DNA from: an uncultured Mycoplasma sp.
GTDB lineage: Bacteria; Bacillota_I; Bacilli_A; RF39; UBA660
Length of the DNA stretch: 64,000 bases
Direction: 5' to 3'
Assembly: GCA_945947035.1 (NCBI GenBank)
Contig: CAMEXD010000004.1
Span: 2,362-66,361, forward strand
Part shown: piece after piece, positions 38,646 to 47,573 of the stretch
Layout: the number at the start of each line of letters is the position of its first letter
How positions within the stretch are numbered: position 1 is the first letter of the stretch
Notes under the pieces: generated by a model
Database searches by the model: none
The model's input: only the letters and a program-made list of their open reading frames with translations
Told to the model about the DNA's origin: nothing
Translations under genes and position numbers: made by a program

Positions 38646-39371
38646 GTGTATATTATGAAGTTTGAAAAGAAAAGGATAGGTAAAATGGTTAGACTAATTT
38701 TATCTTTAATAGTTATTGCAATTATGATAAGACAGATAATTCTAAAAGAATGGTTTATGGTATTTGCTTGTGTTTTTACACTTGTTGTATTTGCATTACC
38801 AAGAGTATTTTATAGAAAGTTCAATATAAAGTTTCCATTGGCATTAGAAATTGCAATATACTTATTTGTATTTGGAGCTGAAATAATCGGTGAAATAGGA
38901 GAATACTATATAAATGTTTCTTGGTGGGATGATTTATTGCATACAGTAAGTGGAATGCTACTTACAGCTGCAGGATTATTTTTTATAAGTGTGTTAAATA
39001 ATGAAAACAAAAGATTAAATTTGCCTGTATTTTATAAAGTTCTTGCAGCTTTTTGTTTTTCAATAACCATTTTAGCTTTATGGGAATGTTTTGAATTTGG
39101 AGCAGATTGCTTAACAGGATCTGATATGCAAAAAGACACTTTTATTACAACCATAAATAGTGTTGATTTAAACGAAAAAAAAGTTAATAAATCAGTAAAT
39201 TTAGAAATAGAAACTTTGGAAGTAAATGGTGAGGATTGGATGAAAAAATATGGTGGATATTTAGATATTGGTCTATATGATACAATGTATGATTTATTAG
39301 ATGGTCTTCTTGGTGCTTCAATATATTCTGTATTCAGTTATTTCTATTTGAAGAAAAACCAATATGCTTAA
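38646..39371 (+). CDS. hypothetical polytopic membrane protein
   Basis: Six hydrophobic helices. No motif. Confidence 0.35.
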   Translation: MYIMKFEKKRIGKMVRLILSLIVIAIMIRQIILKEWFMVFACVFTLVVFALPRVFYRKFNIKFPLALEIAIYLFVFGAEIIGEIGEYYINVSWWDDLLHTVSGMLLTAAGLFFISVLNNENKRLNLPVFYKVLAAFCFSITILALWECFEFGADCLTGSDMQKDTFITTINSVDLNEKKVNKSVNLEIETLEVNGEDWMKKYGGYLDIGLYDTMYDLLDGLLGASIYSVFSYFYLKKNQYA

Positions 39372-39378
39372 AAAATAA

Positions 39379-40179
39379 TTGGTGGTGATAAAATTGAAGA
39401 AAAGAGTTTTGAGTGCAATTATTATGACTTTAATAGTTATACCATTTATTGTAATAGGTGGTAATTTATTTAATATAGGTATAAGTATTTTAAGTATATT
39501 AGCTTTTAAAGAGTTAATGAATTTAAATGATAATAAAAATTATCCTTTGGTTATAAAGATAATCAGTTTAATAAGTATTATATTTTTAATTAATTATAGA
39601 AATACAGATGCTGATTTAATGCTTAATATACCAATATGGATAATATCTTCAATAGTAGGATTATTATTTATTCCAGTTGTATTTAATATCAAGAATTATA
39701 ATTCAAATAAAGCATTTAAAATGTTAGCAAATGTGCTATTTTTAGGAATAACATTTAATTTACTAATATCTACTTATAACTATAGTTTAAAATATTTTTT
39801 ATTGCTAATTGTTATATGTGCATTTACGGATATGTTTGCTTTGTTTGGTGGTAAATTATTTGGTAAACATAATTTTACGGAAATTAGTCCAAATAAAACT
39901 ATTGAAGGTTGCATATCAGGTTCTTTAGTAGCAATTATTGTAGCATCAATATTTTACTATTTTGTTATTAACAAAAATCTAACTATCATTAAAATAATAA
40001 TAATTTTATTATTAAGTATTATAGATCAAGTTGGTGATTTATTTTTTAGTAAAATCAAAAGAGATAATAACATTAAAGATTTTTCTAATCTAATTCCAGG
40101 GCATGGAGGAATTTTAGATCGATTAGATAGTTTTACTTTTGTACTATTAATGTTTAGCATAGTCTTTAGAGTATTATGA
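39379..40179 (+). CDS. cdsA: phosphatidate cytidylyltransferase
   Basis: CdsA signature NKTIEGCISGS and GHGGILDRLDS near the C-terminus. Polytopic. Confidence 0.8.
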   Translation: MVVIKLKKRVLSAIIMTLIVIPFIVIGGNLFNIGISILSILAFKELMNLNDNKNYPLVIKIISLISIIFLINYRNTDADLMLNIPIWIISSIVGLLFIPVVFNIKNYNSNKAFKMLANVLFLGITFNLLISTYNYSLKYFLLLIVICAFTDMFALFGGKLFGKHNFTEISPNKTIEGCISGSLVAIIVASIFYYFVINKNLTIIKIIIILLLSIIDQVGDLFFSKIKRDNNIKDFSNLIPGHGGILDRLDSFTFVLLMFSIVFRVL

Positions 40180-40394
40180 AAGGCGATTATATGAAAGATG
40201 ATAATAATATAGAAGATAAAGTAGATTGCTTTGCAAGAATTAATAAAGAAATATGCAATGCTTTAATTAAAAAAGAATGTAAAAATTGTAACTTTTATAA
40301 GCACAAAGATGATGTGTTCGGATATGAAGAAATACTAAAAAAAGGAAAAAAAGAACTATTAAAAACACAAAAAAAGATTAGTTGTGCAATTTAA
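40176..40394 (+). CDS. small Cys-rich hypothetical protein
   Basis: 72 aa with C..C..CKNC. Overlaps neighbouring stops. Confidence 0.3.
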   Translation: MKGDYMKDDNNIEDKVDCFARINKEICNALIKKECKNCNFYKHKDDVFGYEEILKKGKKELLKTQKKISCAI

Positions 40395-40425
40395 AAATAT
40401 TATATAGAAGGAATGATAAAATTAT

Positions 40426-41121
40426 ATGGAATATCAAATTGCAGAAATAGAGAAAAATATATTATATTATAGGTTAGCTAAAAATCAACTTGAAACTTAT
40501 ATAAATGGAATTAATAATGAATTTGAGATTCTTTATGATAATAATCCAATTAATCATATAAAAACGAGAGTAAAAACTGTTGAAAGTATAATTGGTAAAT
40601 TAAAAAGAAAAAAATTGAAAATTAATAAAGAAAATGTTGAAAAATTAAATGATATTGTCGGTGCTAGAATTGTTGTTGATTTTATTGAAAACATATATGA
40701 GATAGCAGAAACAATAAAGCAAAACACAAATATAAACATTATAGAAGAAAAAAATTATATTGATAATCCTAAAAATAGTGGTTATAGAGGATATCATATT
40801 ATTATATCAATCCCTGTTTCTATTGCAGGAATTACAAAAGATATTAAGTGTGAAATTCAAATTAGAACAATTGCTATGGATTTTTGGGCTTCTAATGAAC
40901 ATAAATTAAATTATAAATCTAAGAATCATTCTACTAAATATAAAAGAAAATGGATTGATGCAGCAGATAAAGTTTGGGATTTAGATACATTTATGAATGA
41001 GTTATATTTAGAAGAAAAACAAAATAAAATTAAATATAAAGATGATAAGCATAATATAGAAATATCGGTTTTAAAATCACTAGAAAAATTAGGAAAAATC
41101 AAAAAGCTAAGTGAAAGTTAA
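40426..41121 (+). CDS. small alarmone synthetase (RelP/RelQ-type GTP pyrophosphokinase)
   Basis: Synthetase-domain blocks IKTRVKTVESIIGKL, DIVGARIVV and SGYRGYHIII. About 230 aa, the typical SAS size. Confidence 0.8.
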   Translation: MEYQIAEIEKNILYYRLAKNQLETYINGINNEFEILYDNNPINHIKTRVKTVESIIGKLKRKKLKINKENVEKLNDIVGARIVVDFIENIYEIAETIKQNTNINIIEEKNYIDNPKNSGYRGYHIIISIPVSIAGITKDIKCEIQIRTIAMDFWASNEHKLNYKSKNHSTKYKRKWIDAADKVWDLDTFMNELYLEEKQNKIKYKDDKHNIEISVLKSLEKLGKIKKLSES

Positions 41122-41123
41122 AG

Positions 41124-41576
41124 GTGAAAATTATGGATGAGAGAATAAGAAAGTTTATGTATGGTAGATATGGTCCAGATGAATTATATAGATTTCATTT
41201 AATATTATATTTTATAACATTAATTATAGGATTATTTGTTAAAAGTAAAATTCTATTGCTCATACAATTATTACTTATAGCATTAATTGTTTTTAGACCT
41301 ATGTCAAAGAAAATATATAAACGAAGTGATGAAAATGTTCGATTTTTAAAGATTAAAACAAAAATAACAAAACCTTTTACTAATATAAAAAGAAACATAA
41401 AAGACAAAGATCATATTTATAAGAAATGTCATAAATGCAAAACAACATTAAAATTACCTATTCCATTAAAAAGAGGAATAAAACATGCTAAATGTCCTCA
41501 TTGTGGAAATAGGGTAACTCTTTTTACTTTAAAAAAAGAGAAAATAGAAATTATTACAAGTAAAAATAAAAAATAA
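41124..41576 (+). CDS. membrane protein with C-terminal zinc-ribbon
   Basis: TM helices then a CHKC...CPHC pair. Confidence 0.35.
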   Translation: MKIMDERIRKFMYGRYGPDELYRFHLILYFITLIIGLFVKSKILLLIQLLLIALIVFRPMSKKIYKRSDENVRFLKIKTKITKPFTNIKRNIKDKDHIYKKCHKCKTTLKLPIPLKRGIKHAKCPHCGNRVTLFTLKKEKIEIITSKNKK

Positions 41577-41617
41577 ATGGACTTATTTTTGCTCTAATAT
41601 GTCCTTTTTAAATGACT

Positions 41618-41657
41618 TTAATTATTTTTAATAATTTTATAATTTTTTAATAATAAA
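41618..41657. repeat. intergenic motif copy (degenerate, extended): TTAATTATTTTTAATAATTTTATAATTTTTTAATAATAAAT
   Basis: Upstream of the MMPL gene. Confidence 0.4.
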
Positions 41658-41691
41658 TAGGTGATAGATTATTATTTCGGGAGGAAAAATT

Positions 41692-43764
41692 ATGCATAAA
41701 ATAGCAGATTTTATTGTAAAAAATAAAAAAATAATTCTGATTCTAAATTTGCTTTTATTAATACCAGCTATTATAGGTTTTAGTTTAACAAAAACAAATT
41801 ATGATATTTTAGTATATTTACCTAGTGATATTGAAACACTAAAAGGTCAAAATATATTAAAAGATGATTTCAAAATGGGTGCATTTTCTGTTTCTTTAGT
41901 AGATAATGATATAAGTGATAAAGAATTAATTACTTTGGAAAACAAAATTAGAGAGATAGATTGTGTTAATGATGTAGTTAGCATTAATGACATCACAGGA
42001 ACAACTATTCCTTTAGAGATGTTACCAAAGAAATTCGTTGATCATGTATCAACTGATGATTCTAAATTATTACTTATAACATTTTCAACTGGTACAAGTG
42101 ATGAAGAAACAACTGATGCAGTAAAAGAGATAGAGGAATTATCTAGTAGTATTAAAGTTGGTGGTATGAGTGCTATGTCTTTGGATATGAGAAGGTTAGT
42201 TGAAAGTCAAACTTTTACTTATGTGTTATTGGCAGTTGTATGTTGTCTAATTATACTAATGATATCTCTTGATTCATACATTGTTCCATTAATATTGTTA
42301 GGAAATATTGGAGTATCAATTCTATTTAATATGGGAACTAACATAATGTTTGGGGAAATATCTTATATCACCAAAGCAATTGCAGCTGTATTACAACTTG
42401 GAGTAACTACTGATTTTTCAATATTCCTATATCATAAATACGAAGCTGCTAAAAAGACTAAAAAAACAAATGATGAAGCCATGAGTGAAGCAATTAGTGA
42501 AACTATGACATCTGTAATTGGATCTTCACTTACAACTATTGCTGGTTTCTTAGCACTTTGTAGTATGAAGTTTGGTTTAGGAAAAGACATAGGTTTAGTA
42601 ATGGCTAAAGGAGTAGTATTTGGTGTTTTGACAGTATTAACTTTTTATCCAGCATTATTGTTAATGTCTGATAAATTAATTCAAAAAACAAAACATAAGA
42701 CATTGATTCCAAAGTTTAAATTCATTAAACCAATTGTTACAAAAGGATATAAATGGATATTTATAGTTTTCTTAATTTTATTAGTACCTGCATATTTATC
42801 TCAAAAAAATACAAATGTTTATTATAAATTAGATACAAGTATTCCAGAAGATTATAATTATTCAATTGTCAGCAAAAAATTAAAAGAAGATTATGGTTTA
42901 ATATCACAATCTATGATCCTAGTTAATAAGGATATGGATAGTAGTGATATGAATAATATGATAGATGAAATTAATGATATAGATGGTATTGATAGTGTTT
43001 TATCATCTGATGTATTAGTCAAATATGGAATATCAATTAATATTCTTCCATCTAAAATAAGAAACATTTTAGAAACTGACAATTATAAACTTATTCTTGT
43101 TAACTCAAATTATGAAATAGCAAGTGATGAAATAAATGAGCAGATAAAATATTTAAATACAATAATAAAAAAATACGATAAAAATGCAATACTTGCTGGA
43201 GAAGGACCATTAATGAATGATTTGGTTGAAATAACAGCAATAGACTTTAGAAATGTAAATTATGTTTCAATAGGAGTTATATTCTTAATTATGTTCTTCG
43301 TATTAAGATCAATTAGTTTACCAGCATTTCTTGTTTTATCAGTAGAGTTTGCAATATTTATAAATATGGGTGTTCCATATTGGCATGGCACTAGTATTCC
43401 GTTTGTTTCATCTATTGTAATTGGAACTATACAACTTGGTGCAACAATTGATTATGCAATTTTACTAACAACAAAATATTTGGAAGAAAGAAAAAATGGA
43501 AAAGATAAGAAAACTGCAATGGAAGAATCTTTAGATTCGTCAGTATCATCAATTTTTGTTAGTGCAATGTGTTTCTTCGGAGCAACTTTTGGAGTATATG
43601 TTGTTTCAAAAATTGATATGATTGGATCACTATGTTTATTGATGGCAAGAGGTGCTATTATAAGCATGCTTGTAGTTATGTTTATTGTACCTAGTGTGTT
43701 ATTATTATTTGATAAATTAATAACTAAAACAACATTGGGGTTTAAGAAAGGAAAGATAGTATGA
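41692..43764 (+). CDS. MMPL/RND-superfamily transporter (YdfJ/YdgH-like)
   Basis: Two 6-TM bundles separated by large extracytoplasmic loops. MMPL-like organisation. Confidence 0.7.
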   Translation: MHKIADFIVKNKKIILILNLLLLIPAIIGFSLTKTNYDILVYLPSDIETLKGQNILKDDFKMGAFSVSLVDNDISDKELITLENKIREIDCVNDVVSINDITGTTIPLEMLPKKFVDHVSTDDSKLLLITFSTGTSDEETTDAVKEIEELSSSIKVGGMSAMSLDMRRLVESQTFTYVLLAVVCCLIILMISLDSYIVPLILLGNIGVSILFNMGTNIMFGEISYITKAIAAVLQLGVTTDFSIFLYHKYEAAKKTKKTNDEAMSEAISETMTSVIGSSLTTIAGFLALCSMKFGLGKDIGLVMAKGVVFGVLTVLTFYPALLLMSDKLIQKTKHKTLIPKFKFIKPIVTKGYKWIFIVFLILLVPAYLSQKNTNVYYKLDTSIPEDYNYSIVSKKLKEDYGLISQSMILVNKDMDSSDMNNMIDEINDIDGIDSVLSSDVLVKYGISINILPSKIRNILETDNYKLILVNSNYEIASDEINEQIKYLNTIIKKYDKNAILAGEGPLMNDLVEITAIDFRNVNYVSIGVIFLIMFFVLRSISLPAFLVLSVEFAIFINMGVPYWHGTSIPFVSSIVIGTIQLGATIDYAILLTTKYLEERKNGKDKKTAMEESLDSSVSSIFVSAMCFFGATFGVYVVSKIDMIGSLCLLMARGAIISMLVVMFIVPSVLLLFDKLITKTTLGFKKGKIV

Positions 43765-45959
43765 AAAAGATATTTAAAAAATTATTAGCTTATACTTTAA
43801 TTCTTGGTGAATTATTTCAAACAACAGGAGTTTATGCACTCACAAAAGAAGAAACAGTATATGCAAAATTAAATGAAACAGGAGAATTAAAAAGTGCTTC
43901 TGTTACTGAACACTTATATAATTATAGTGGAAAGACAATTAGTGATAAAACTAGTTTAGATAGTATTAAAAATATTAACGGAAATGAAACATTTAAACAA
44001 AATGATAATAATCTTGTTTGGGAAGCTAATGGTAGTGATATTTATTATCAAGGTACATATGCAAAAAATTTACCAATAAGCCTTGATGTTAAATATTATT
44101 TAAATGGTGAAGAAAAAAATGTAAATAATATTTTAGGTAAAGATGGAAAGATTAAAATAGTTTTAACTTATAAAAATAATTCATATAAAAATATGAATAT
44201 TAATGGTAGAACAGAAAAAATATATGTTCCGTATGCCATAATTACAACATCTATATTAAATAATACTGATAATAAAAATATTAAGGTTACCAATGGTAAA
44301 ATTATTGATAATGGTGTAAATTCTGTTATAATGGCAATATCTTCACCTGGATTATATGAGTCTTTAAAAATAGATGATATAAAAGATATAAATAAAGTTG
44401 AAATAACTTATGATACCAGTGATTTTGAATTAAATTCTATTTATTCTGTTGCAACAACAAGTCTATTTGATGATAACAATCTTGATATGTTTGGTGAAAT
44501 TAATAATCTATATAAAAGCATAAATTTATTACAAAGTAATATGGATACAATTGTGGATGCATCAAAAAAATTAAGTGATGGATCTAGTCAAATGAATGCT
44601 GGTATTACAGAGTTAAATAGTAGAATACAAGAATTAACACAAAAATATAAGTATTATAGAAATCAAGATCAAAATACCCTAAAAGAAGAACTTATAAAGA
44701 TTATTAAGCAAAATATTAATACAATCACACCTGCATTAGAAGAAGAAATAACTGCTGAAACAAGTAAAATAATAAAAGAAAATAAAAGCGAATTAGAAAA
44801 TGCAATTATTACTTATACTAAAAAGAATACTATGTCAGTAGTAGATGAAGAAGTAAATAAAATAGTTAATAATTTAGATATAAATAGTTTAATGGAAAAA
44901 GTTATTAATAGTAATTTATACAATTTACTAATAAATGATTCAGAGATTGCAGAATTAACAAAAGCACTTAAAGAAGATATTAATAAAGAATTAAAGAATA
45001 TTATAGTTAATGAATTTAATAATATAGAAAGTAGCATAAATAACAATATGTCACAAAGCGAAAAAGAAAAATATATAAGTGATATAGCAGAAAAATATGA
45101 TGTAACTTATGAACAAGCATTAGGAATAGTTGGAGAAGTTCAAACAGATACTTTAAATCAAGTAAAAAAGAACATCAGTGAAGCCAATATTCCAGAAAAA
45201 ATTATTAATTCTCTAAATGATAAAAATTATGTATTAAATTTAGTTAATGAATATATAAATAAATTAAATAGTAAATTAAATGAATCAATTAACAAAGATA
45301 CAACTGTTAATGAATATTCTAAAGAATTAAAAGAAAAAATATTATCAGCACTAAATAAAGATTTAGAAAATGAAAGTATGTATTTAAATACTAATGTTAA
45401 AGAATATATTTCAAGTTTAGTTGATAAAATAATTGATAATACTGCAAAAGATTTATCAAGCAAATATACTGAAGAATACACAAATAAAGTTGTTAAAAAT
45501 GTCATTGACAAGGAATTTAGTGAAGAAAATGTTGATTCAAAACTAAGAGAATTATTAAATATTTATGAAGATGATATAAATAAAAAGGTAACAGTTTTAG
45601 ATGATACCATAAATACATTATCAGATTCTTTAAATATGTTAAATGATGGATCAAAACAAATTTCAACAGGTATGAGTGCATTATCATCAGGACTTGAAAA
45701 ATACAATAAAGAAGGAATAAATAAAATTAATAATCTAGTTAATGGAGATGTTAAAACTCTTCAAAAAAGATTAGATGCACTTATTCAATTAAGTAATAAT
45801 AATCAAACAATAGACACTCTTCCTAATAGTGCTAATGGTAATTCAAAAATTATATTTATGATTGATTCATTATCCAAGCCATCCGAAACTATTGTTGAAA
45901 CTAGCAAAGAAGAACAAAAAAGTTCTCTCTGGGATAAAATAAAAGGACTGTTTAATTAA
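43761..45959 (+). CDS. secreted protein with YhgE/Pip-like repeats and long coiled coils
   Basis: Signal peptide. Repeated DGS.Q...G...L..G heptad-like units (SDGSSQMNAGITEL, NDGSKQISTGMSAL). Translationally coupled to the MMPL gene. Confidence 0.45.
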   Translation: MKKIFKKLLAYTLILGELFQTTGVYALTKEETVYAKLNETGELKSASVTEHLYNYSGKTISDKTSLDSIKNINGNETFKQNDNNLVWEANGSDIYYQGTYAKNLPISLDVKYYLNGEEKNVNNILGKDGKIKIVLTYKNNSYKNMNINGRTEKIYVPYAIITTSILNNTDNKNIKVTNGKIIDNGVNSVIMAISSPGLYESLKIDDIKDINKVEITYDTSDFELNSIYSVATTSLFDDNNLDMFGEINNLYKSINLLQSNMDTIVDASKKLSDGSSQMNAGITELNSRIQELTQKYKYYRNQDQNTLKEELIKIIKQNINTITPALEEEITAETSKIIKENKSELENAIITYTKKNTMSVVDEEVNKIVNNLDINSLMEKVINSNLYNLLINDSEIAELTKALKEDINKELKNIIVNEFNNIESSINNNMSQSEKEKYISDIAEKYDVTYEQALGIVGEVQTDTLNQVKKNISEANIPEKIINSLNDKNYVLNLVNEYINKLNSKLNESINKDTTVNEYSKELKEKILSALNKDLENESMYLNTNVKEYISSLVDKIIDNTAKDLSSKYTEEYTNKVVKNVIDKEFSEENVDSKLRELLNIYEDDINKKVTVLDDTINTLSDSLNMLNDGSKQISTGMSALSSGLEKYNKEGINKINNLVNGDVKTLQKRLDALIQLSNNNQTIDTLPNSANGNSKIIFMIDSLSKPSETIVETSKEEQKSSLWDKIKGLFN

Positions 45960-45967
45960 ATTAGAAG

Positions 45968-45997
45968 AAACTCACATTTCAATGATGCGAGTTTTTT
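45968..45997 (+). terminator. rho-independent terminator
   Basis: AAACTC(A)CAT-loop-ATG(C)GAGTTT then TTTTTT. Confidence 0.55.
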
Positions 45998-46020
45998 AAT
46001 AATTTTTAATAATTTAATAA
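45992..46020. repeat. intergenic motif copy: TTTTTTAATAATTTTTAATAATTTAATAA
   Basis: Exact match to 24461 over 28 nt. Directly follows the terminator at 45968. Confidence 0.6.
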
Positions 46021-46410
46021 AAAAATAATAAATCGAATTTTGTATATTTAAGCCATGGTAGTTTGATGTAAGAAACAGGCAATGCCATGGCTATTAATAT
46101 GAAAGGATGTTGAAGTAGTAATAAAAAAATAGAATTTTATAGTTGAGTAGTACCTTCTATTTTTTAATAATTGTATTATTTAGCTTAAGATTTCATAGAT
46201 TTGCAGTATTTGTCTATGATGAATTAAATTGACATTGCTCATAAAGAATGATTTATTTATGAGTAAAAAATACTGCAGACTTAAAATATATTTAATAATA
46301 TTAGTCAATAATTTTTCAGGGACAAGAATTTGTATTTACAGCGATACGAGTTCTTGTTCCTTTTTTTATTTTTCGAGAAATATTGTAAAAAAATGTAGAT
46401 CACCTCCTTT

Positions 46411-46445
46411 TATCAATTTTGAATTTAAAAGTTTGAAATTGATAG
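46411..46445 (+). promoter_or_regulatory. inverted repeat TATCAATTT-N16-AAATTGATA immediately upstream of the RBS of the sigma-like gene
   Basis: 9-bp perfect arms, ends 1 nt before GGAGGA RBS. Confidence 0.3.
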
Positions 46446-46455
46446 GAGGATATAT

Positions 46456-46926
46456 ATGAGTGATAGTCCTAAAAGGAGGAAATATTTTGATAATCCTTAT
46501 GAAATTAGAATTATTAATGAGAAGTATTTTATCTGCTTTAAGGATAATAAAAATAAAATGCAAGAAATAGAAGTTAGTTCAAAAATATATAAGATATTTG
46601 ATGATTCTGAACTACATGATTTATCAGAATTAAATGAATATGATAGACATATAGAACATTCTGAAATTTTTGATATATCACTTTATCATAGAAGTAATGA
46701 AGAAATGTATTCTTTAGAAAAAGAGGTTGAGGATAAGATTCTTAATGAAGAATTAAGAGATTGTATTAGAACACTACCAGATGTTCAAAGAAGAAGGATT
46801 ATTAAATATTATTTTGATGATAAAAATGAATATGAAATAGCTGAAGAAGAAGGAACAACTCATCAAGCAGTAAATAAATCTTTAAAGCAAGCTCGAGAAA
46901 AATTGAGACAAATTTTAAAAAAATAG
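46456..46926 (+). CDS. sigma-70 region-4 (HTH) domain regulator, ICE-associated
   Basis: C-terminus LRDCIRTLPDVQRRRIIKYYFDDKNEYEIAEEEGTTHQAVNKSLKQAREKLR matches sigma-70 region 4. N-terminal part lacks region 2. Confidence 0.55.
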   Translation: MSDSPKRRKYFDNPYEIRIINEKYFICFKDNKNKMQEIEVSSKIYKIFDDSELHDLSELNEYDRHIEHSEIFDISLYHRSNEEMYSLEKEVEDKILNEELRDCIRTLPDVQRRRIIKYYFDDKNEYEIAEEEGTTHQAVNKSLKQAREKLRQILKK

Positions 46927-46960
46927 AAATTTAGGGTTGCTATTTTGCTTATGAGTGAGG

Positions 46961-47010
46961 AAACAAGTGAGAGGGTTAATTATTTAATTTTTCTCACTTG
47001 TTTATTTTCA
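46961..47010 (+). terminator. terminator: 12-bp stem AAACAAGTGAGA/TCTCACTTGTTT with T-rich tail
   Basis: Perfect 12-bp inverted repeat 46961-46972/46992-47003, then TTTATTTTC. Confidence 0.55.
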
Positions 47011-47149
47011 AGTTTGTTCTTTGACAATTTTATATTCATTCATTAAATACATTCCTATTATTAATAGCACTGTAATTGGTTCGCTTGCGATTAAAACCAG
47101 ATTATAAAAATAGATAGCAACTATTTTGCGATGACGAATAATAGGTATA

Positions 47150-47300
47150 ATGATACTTCTGTCCAGCCACAACCTCAAGTAATGGGGGCAGTTCTGTGAG
47201 AACCACAGAGAGGTGAGATGCCTATGGAACTAATTAGCTATTAGTCATTTAATGATTTCCAGCCGAGGGGTTCGGGGAAAAATATCGGTGAAGTAAAAAA
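47150..47300 (+). ncRNA. GC-rich structured 5' leader or small RNA candidate upstream of ORF 47319
   Basis: Local GC around 45% against a roughly 25% background. Hairpin TCTGTG-AGAAC-CACAGA nested in CCTC...GAGG, CTAAT-TAGCT-ATTAG, CCGA-GGGGT-TCGG. Duplicated CCAGCC boxes at 47163 and 47259. Weak TTGCGA/TATAAT promoter-like hexamers upstream. Confidence 0.25.
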
Positions 47301-47318
47301 TATAAATAAAAGGAAAAG

Positions 47319-47534
47319 GTGATTCAAATGAAAAAATATGATGTGAAAATTAAGGTGGTAAAGGAACACGATATAATAGTTAGTGCAACTTGTAGAGAAG
47401 AAGCAATTAGTAAGGTAGATGAATTAGTTGCTGGTTCAGGAATTCAATATTTAGATATTCCTAATTTTACAAAGCATTATATTATTATAGATATTGATAA
47501 GAAACCTATATTCAAAAGAAAGCATCATAGATGA
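47319..47534 (+). CDS. small hypothetical protein
   Basis: RBS AAAGGTGATTCAAATG. 71 aa basic C-terminus. Confidence 0.3.
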   Translation: MIQMKKYDVKIKVVKEHDIIVSATCREEAISKVDELVAGSGIQYLDIPNFTKHYIIIDIDKKPIFKRKHHR

Positions 47535-47573
47535 TTTGTGTTTTTGAAAAAATGATGGTAGCATCAAAGTGAG

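Noticed and set aside
46229-46563. ORFs 46229..46459+ and 46366..46563- in the ICE junction
   Set aside because: No RBS. Cys/Phe/Ile-rich nonsense translations. The region is better explained as non-coding with dyads, a hairpin and the promoter/operator of the sigma-like gene.
47150-47300. Possible tRNA or tmRNA in the GC-rich island
   Set aside because: No acceptor stem or T-arm complementarity. The GGTTCGGGG segment lacks a pairing partner for a T-stem, and no anticodon-arm geometry fits. Kept as an unclassified structured RNA candidate instead.
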